Below, piece after piece: positions 63,222-64,000 of a stretch of DNA of 64,000 bases. The position numbers and the translations under genes are program-made. How positions within the stretch are numbered: position 1 is the first letter of the stretch; each line of letters starts with the position of its first letter. This DNA comes from Bythopirellula sp. Its GTDB lineage: Bacteria > Planctomycetota > Planctomycetia > Pirellulales > Lacipirellulaceae. The DNA is taken from positions 2,272,001-2,336,000 of the forward strand of contig OZ244170.1 of the NCBI GenBank assembly GCA_965216565.1, given 5' to 3'. The notes under the pieces were generated by a model. That model did not search any database, was not told where the DNA came from, and was given only the letters and a program-made list of their open reading frames with translations.

Positions 63222-64000
63222 GTGCCAAACTATCCCGCCGCGATCGGTCCCCATCAGTGCGGAGCAGATCAGCCCTTGCTATGGATCGCCGGACCTTGCG
63301 TGCTGGAAAGCCAATCGGCTGCCCTTGAGATCGCCGAAGAGCTGCAGCGCATTGCCGACCTACTCTCTGTGCAGTTAGTATTCAAAGCGTCTTACGACAA
63401 AGCTAATCGCACGAGCGGCGATGCCTATCGCGGCCCAGGCTTGAAAGCTGGCCTAGAAATCCTGTCTGAAGTACATCGCGAGACGGGGCTACCGGTTACT
63501 ACCGACATCCATGAGCCTTCCCACGCAACGGCCGCAGGAGAGGTTTGCCACTTGCTTCAGATTCCCGCCTTTCTTGCGAGACAAACTGACCTGTTATTTG
63601 CAGCTGCTAAAACCGGTCGTGCCGTTAACGTGAAAAAAGCCCAGTTCATGGCGCCCAGCGATATGAAACACGTCGTCTCGAAGCTAAGCACGGCAGGTTG
63701 CCAAAATATCTTGCTCTGCGAACGAGGCACGTTTTTTGGATATGGAAAACTAGTCAACGACATGAGAGCCATCCCACAGATGCAACAGTTCGGCGTGCCC
63801 GTTGTTTTTGACGCAACGCACAGCGTTCAAGAACCCGGTGGCTTGGGCGGAGCAACCGGTGGCAACCGCGATATGGTAGAACCACTGGCACGCGCAGCGA
63901 TAGCCTTGGGAGCCGAAGGACTGTTTACCGAAACCCATCCTGATCCGGAACAATCTCCAAGCGATGGCGCTAATATGATTGCGCTATCCGATCTGGAGTC
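63222..64000 (+). CDS. kdsA: KDO-8-phosphate synthase, 3'-truncated by window edge (absent from ORF track)
   Basis: [55 protein letters not shown] start with GGAG. Confidence 0.93.
   Translation, partial: MPNYPAAIGPHQCGADQPLLWIAGPCVLESQSAALEIAEELQRIADLLSVQLVFKASYDKANRTSGDAYRGPGLKAGLEILSEVHRETGLPVTTDIHEPSHATAAGEVCHLLQIPAFLARQTDLLFAAAKTGRAVNVKKAQFMAPSDMKHVVSKLSTAGCQNILLCERGTFFGYGKLVNDMRAIPQMQQFGVPVVFDATHSVQEPGGLGGATGGNRDMVEPLARAAIALGAEGLFTETHPDPEQSPSDGANMIALSDLE

Overview
About 64 kb of chromosome from a GC-rich planctomycete (inferred from DUF1559, PEP-CTERM/dockerin-like proteins, RFSLR-type N-termini and palindromic intergenic repeats; probably Pirellulales). Most of the window is housekeeping and metabolism: accBC, PPi-type pfk, ppa, hisB, ilvD, waaF, serAC, acnA, cls, kdsA, tRNA-Gln(CTG), transporters and an ECF sigma/anti-sigma operon. 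The standout is a 3,899-bp IS1-family cargo element at 51112-55010. It has 28-bp terminal inverted repeats and an 8-bp target duplication (TCCGTTCC), and it splits a PEP-CTERM gene that is restored in frame when the element is removed. The element carries a single-ORF transposase, a divergent small RHH-like regulator with twin palindromic operators, a candidate toxin-antitoxin pair, a 56-aa ORF missing from the ORF track, and a non-canonical tRNA gene. That tRNA has a 9-bp acceptor/3-bp T-stem (allo-tRNA-type) fold, a UAU anticodon, a G discriminator and a long variable arm. Also notable are an orphan SyrB2-like Fe/2OG halogenase (HxA motif), an MBL-fold/DinB fusion lacking its MBL metal ligands, and several REP/REPIN-like repeat families. 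All calls come from reading the sequence by eye; no database searches were run.
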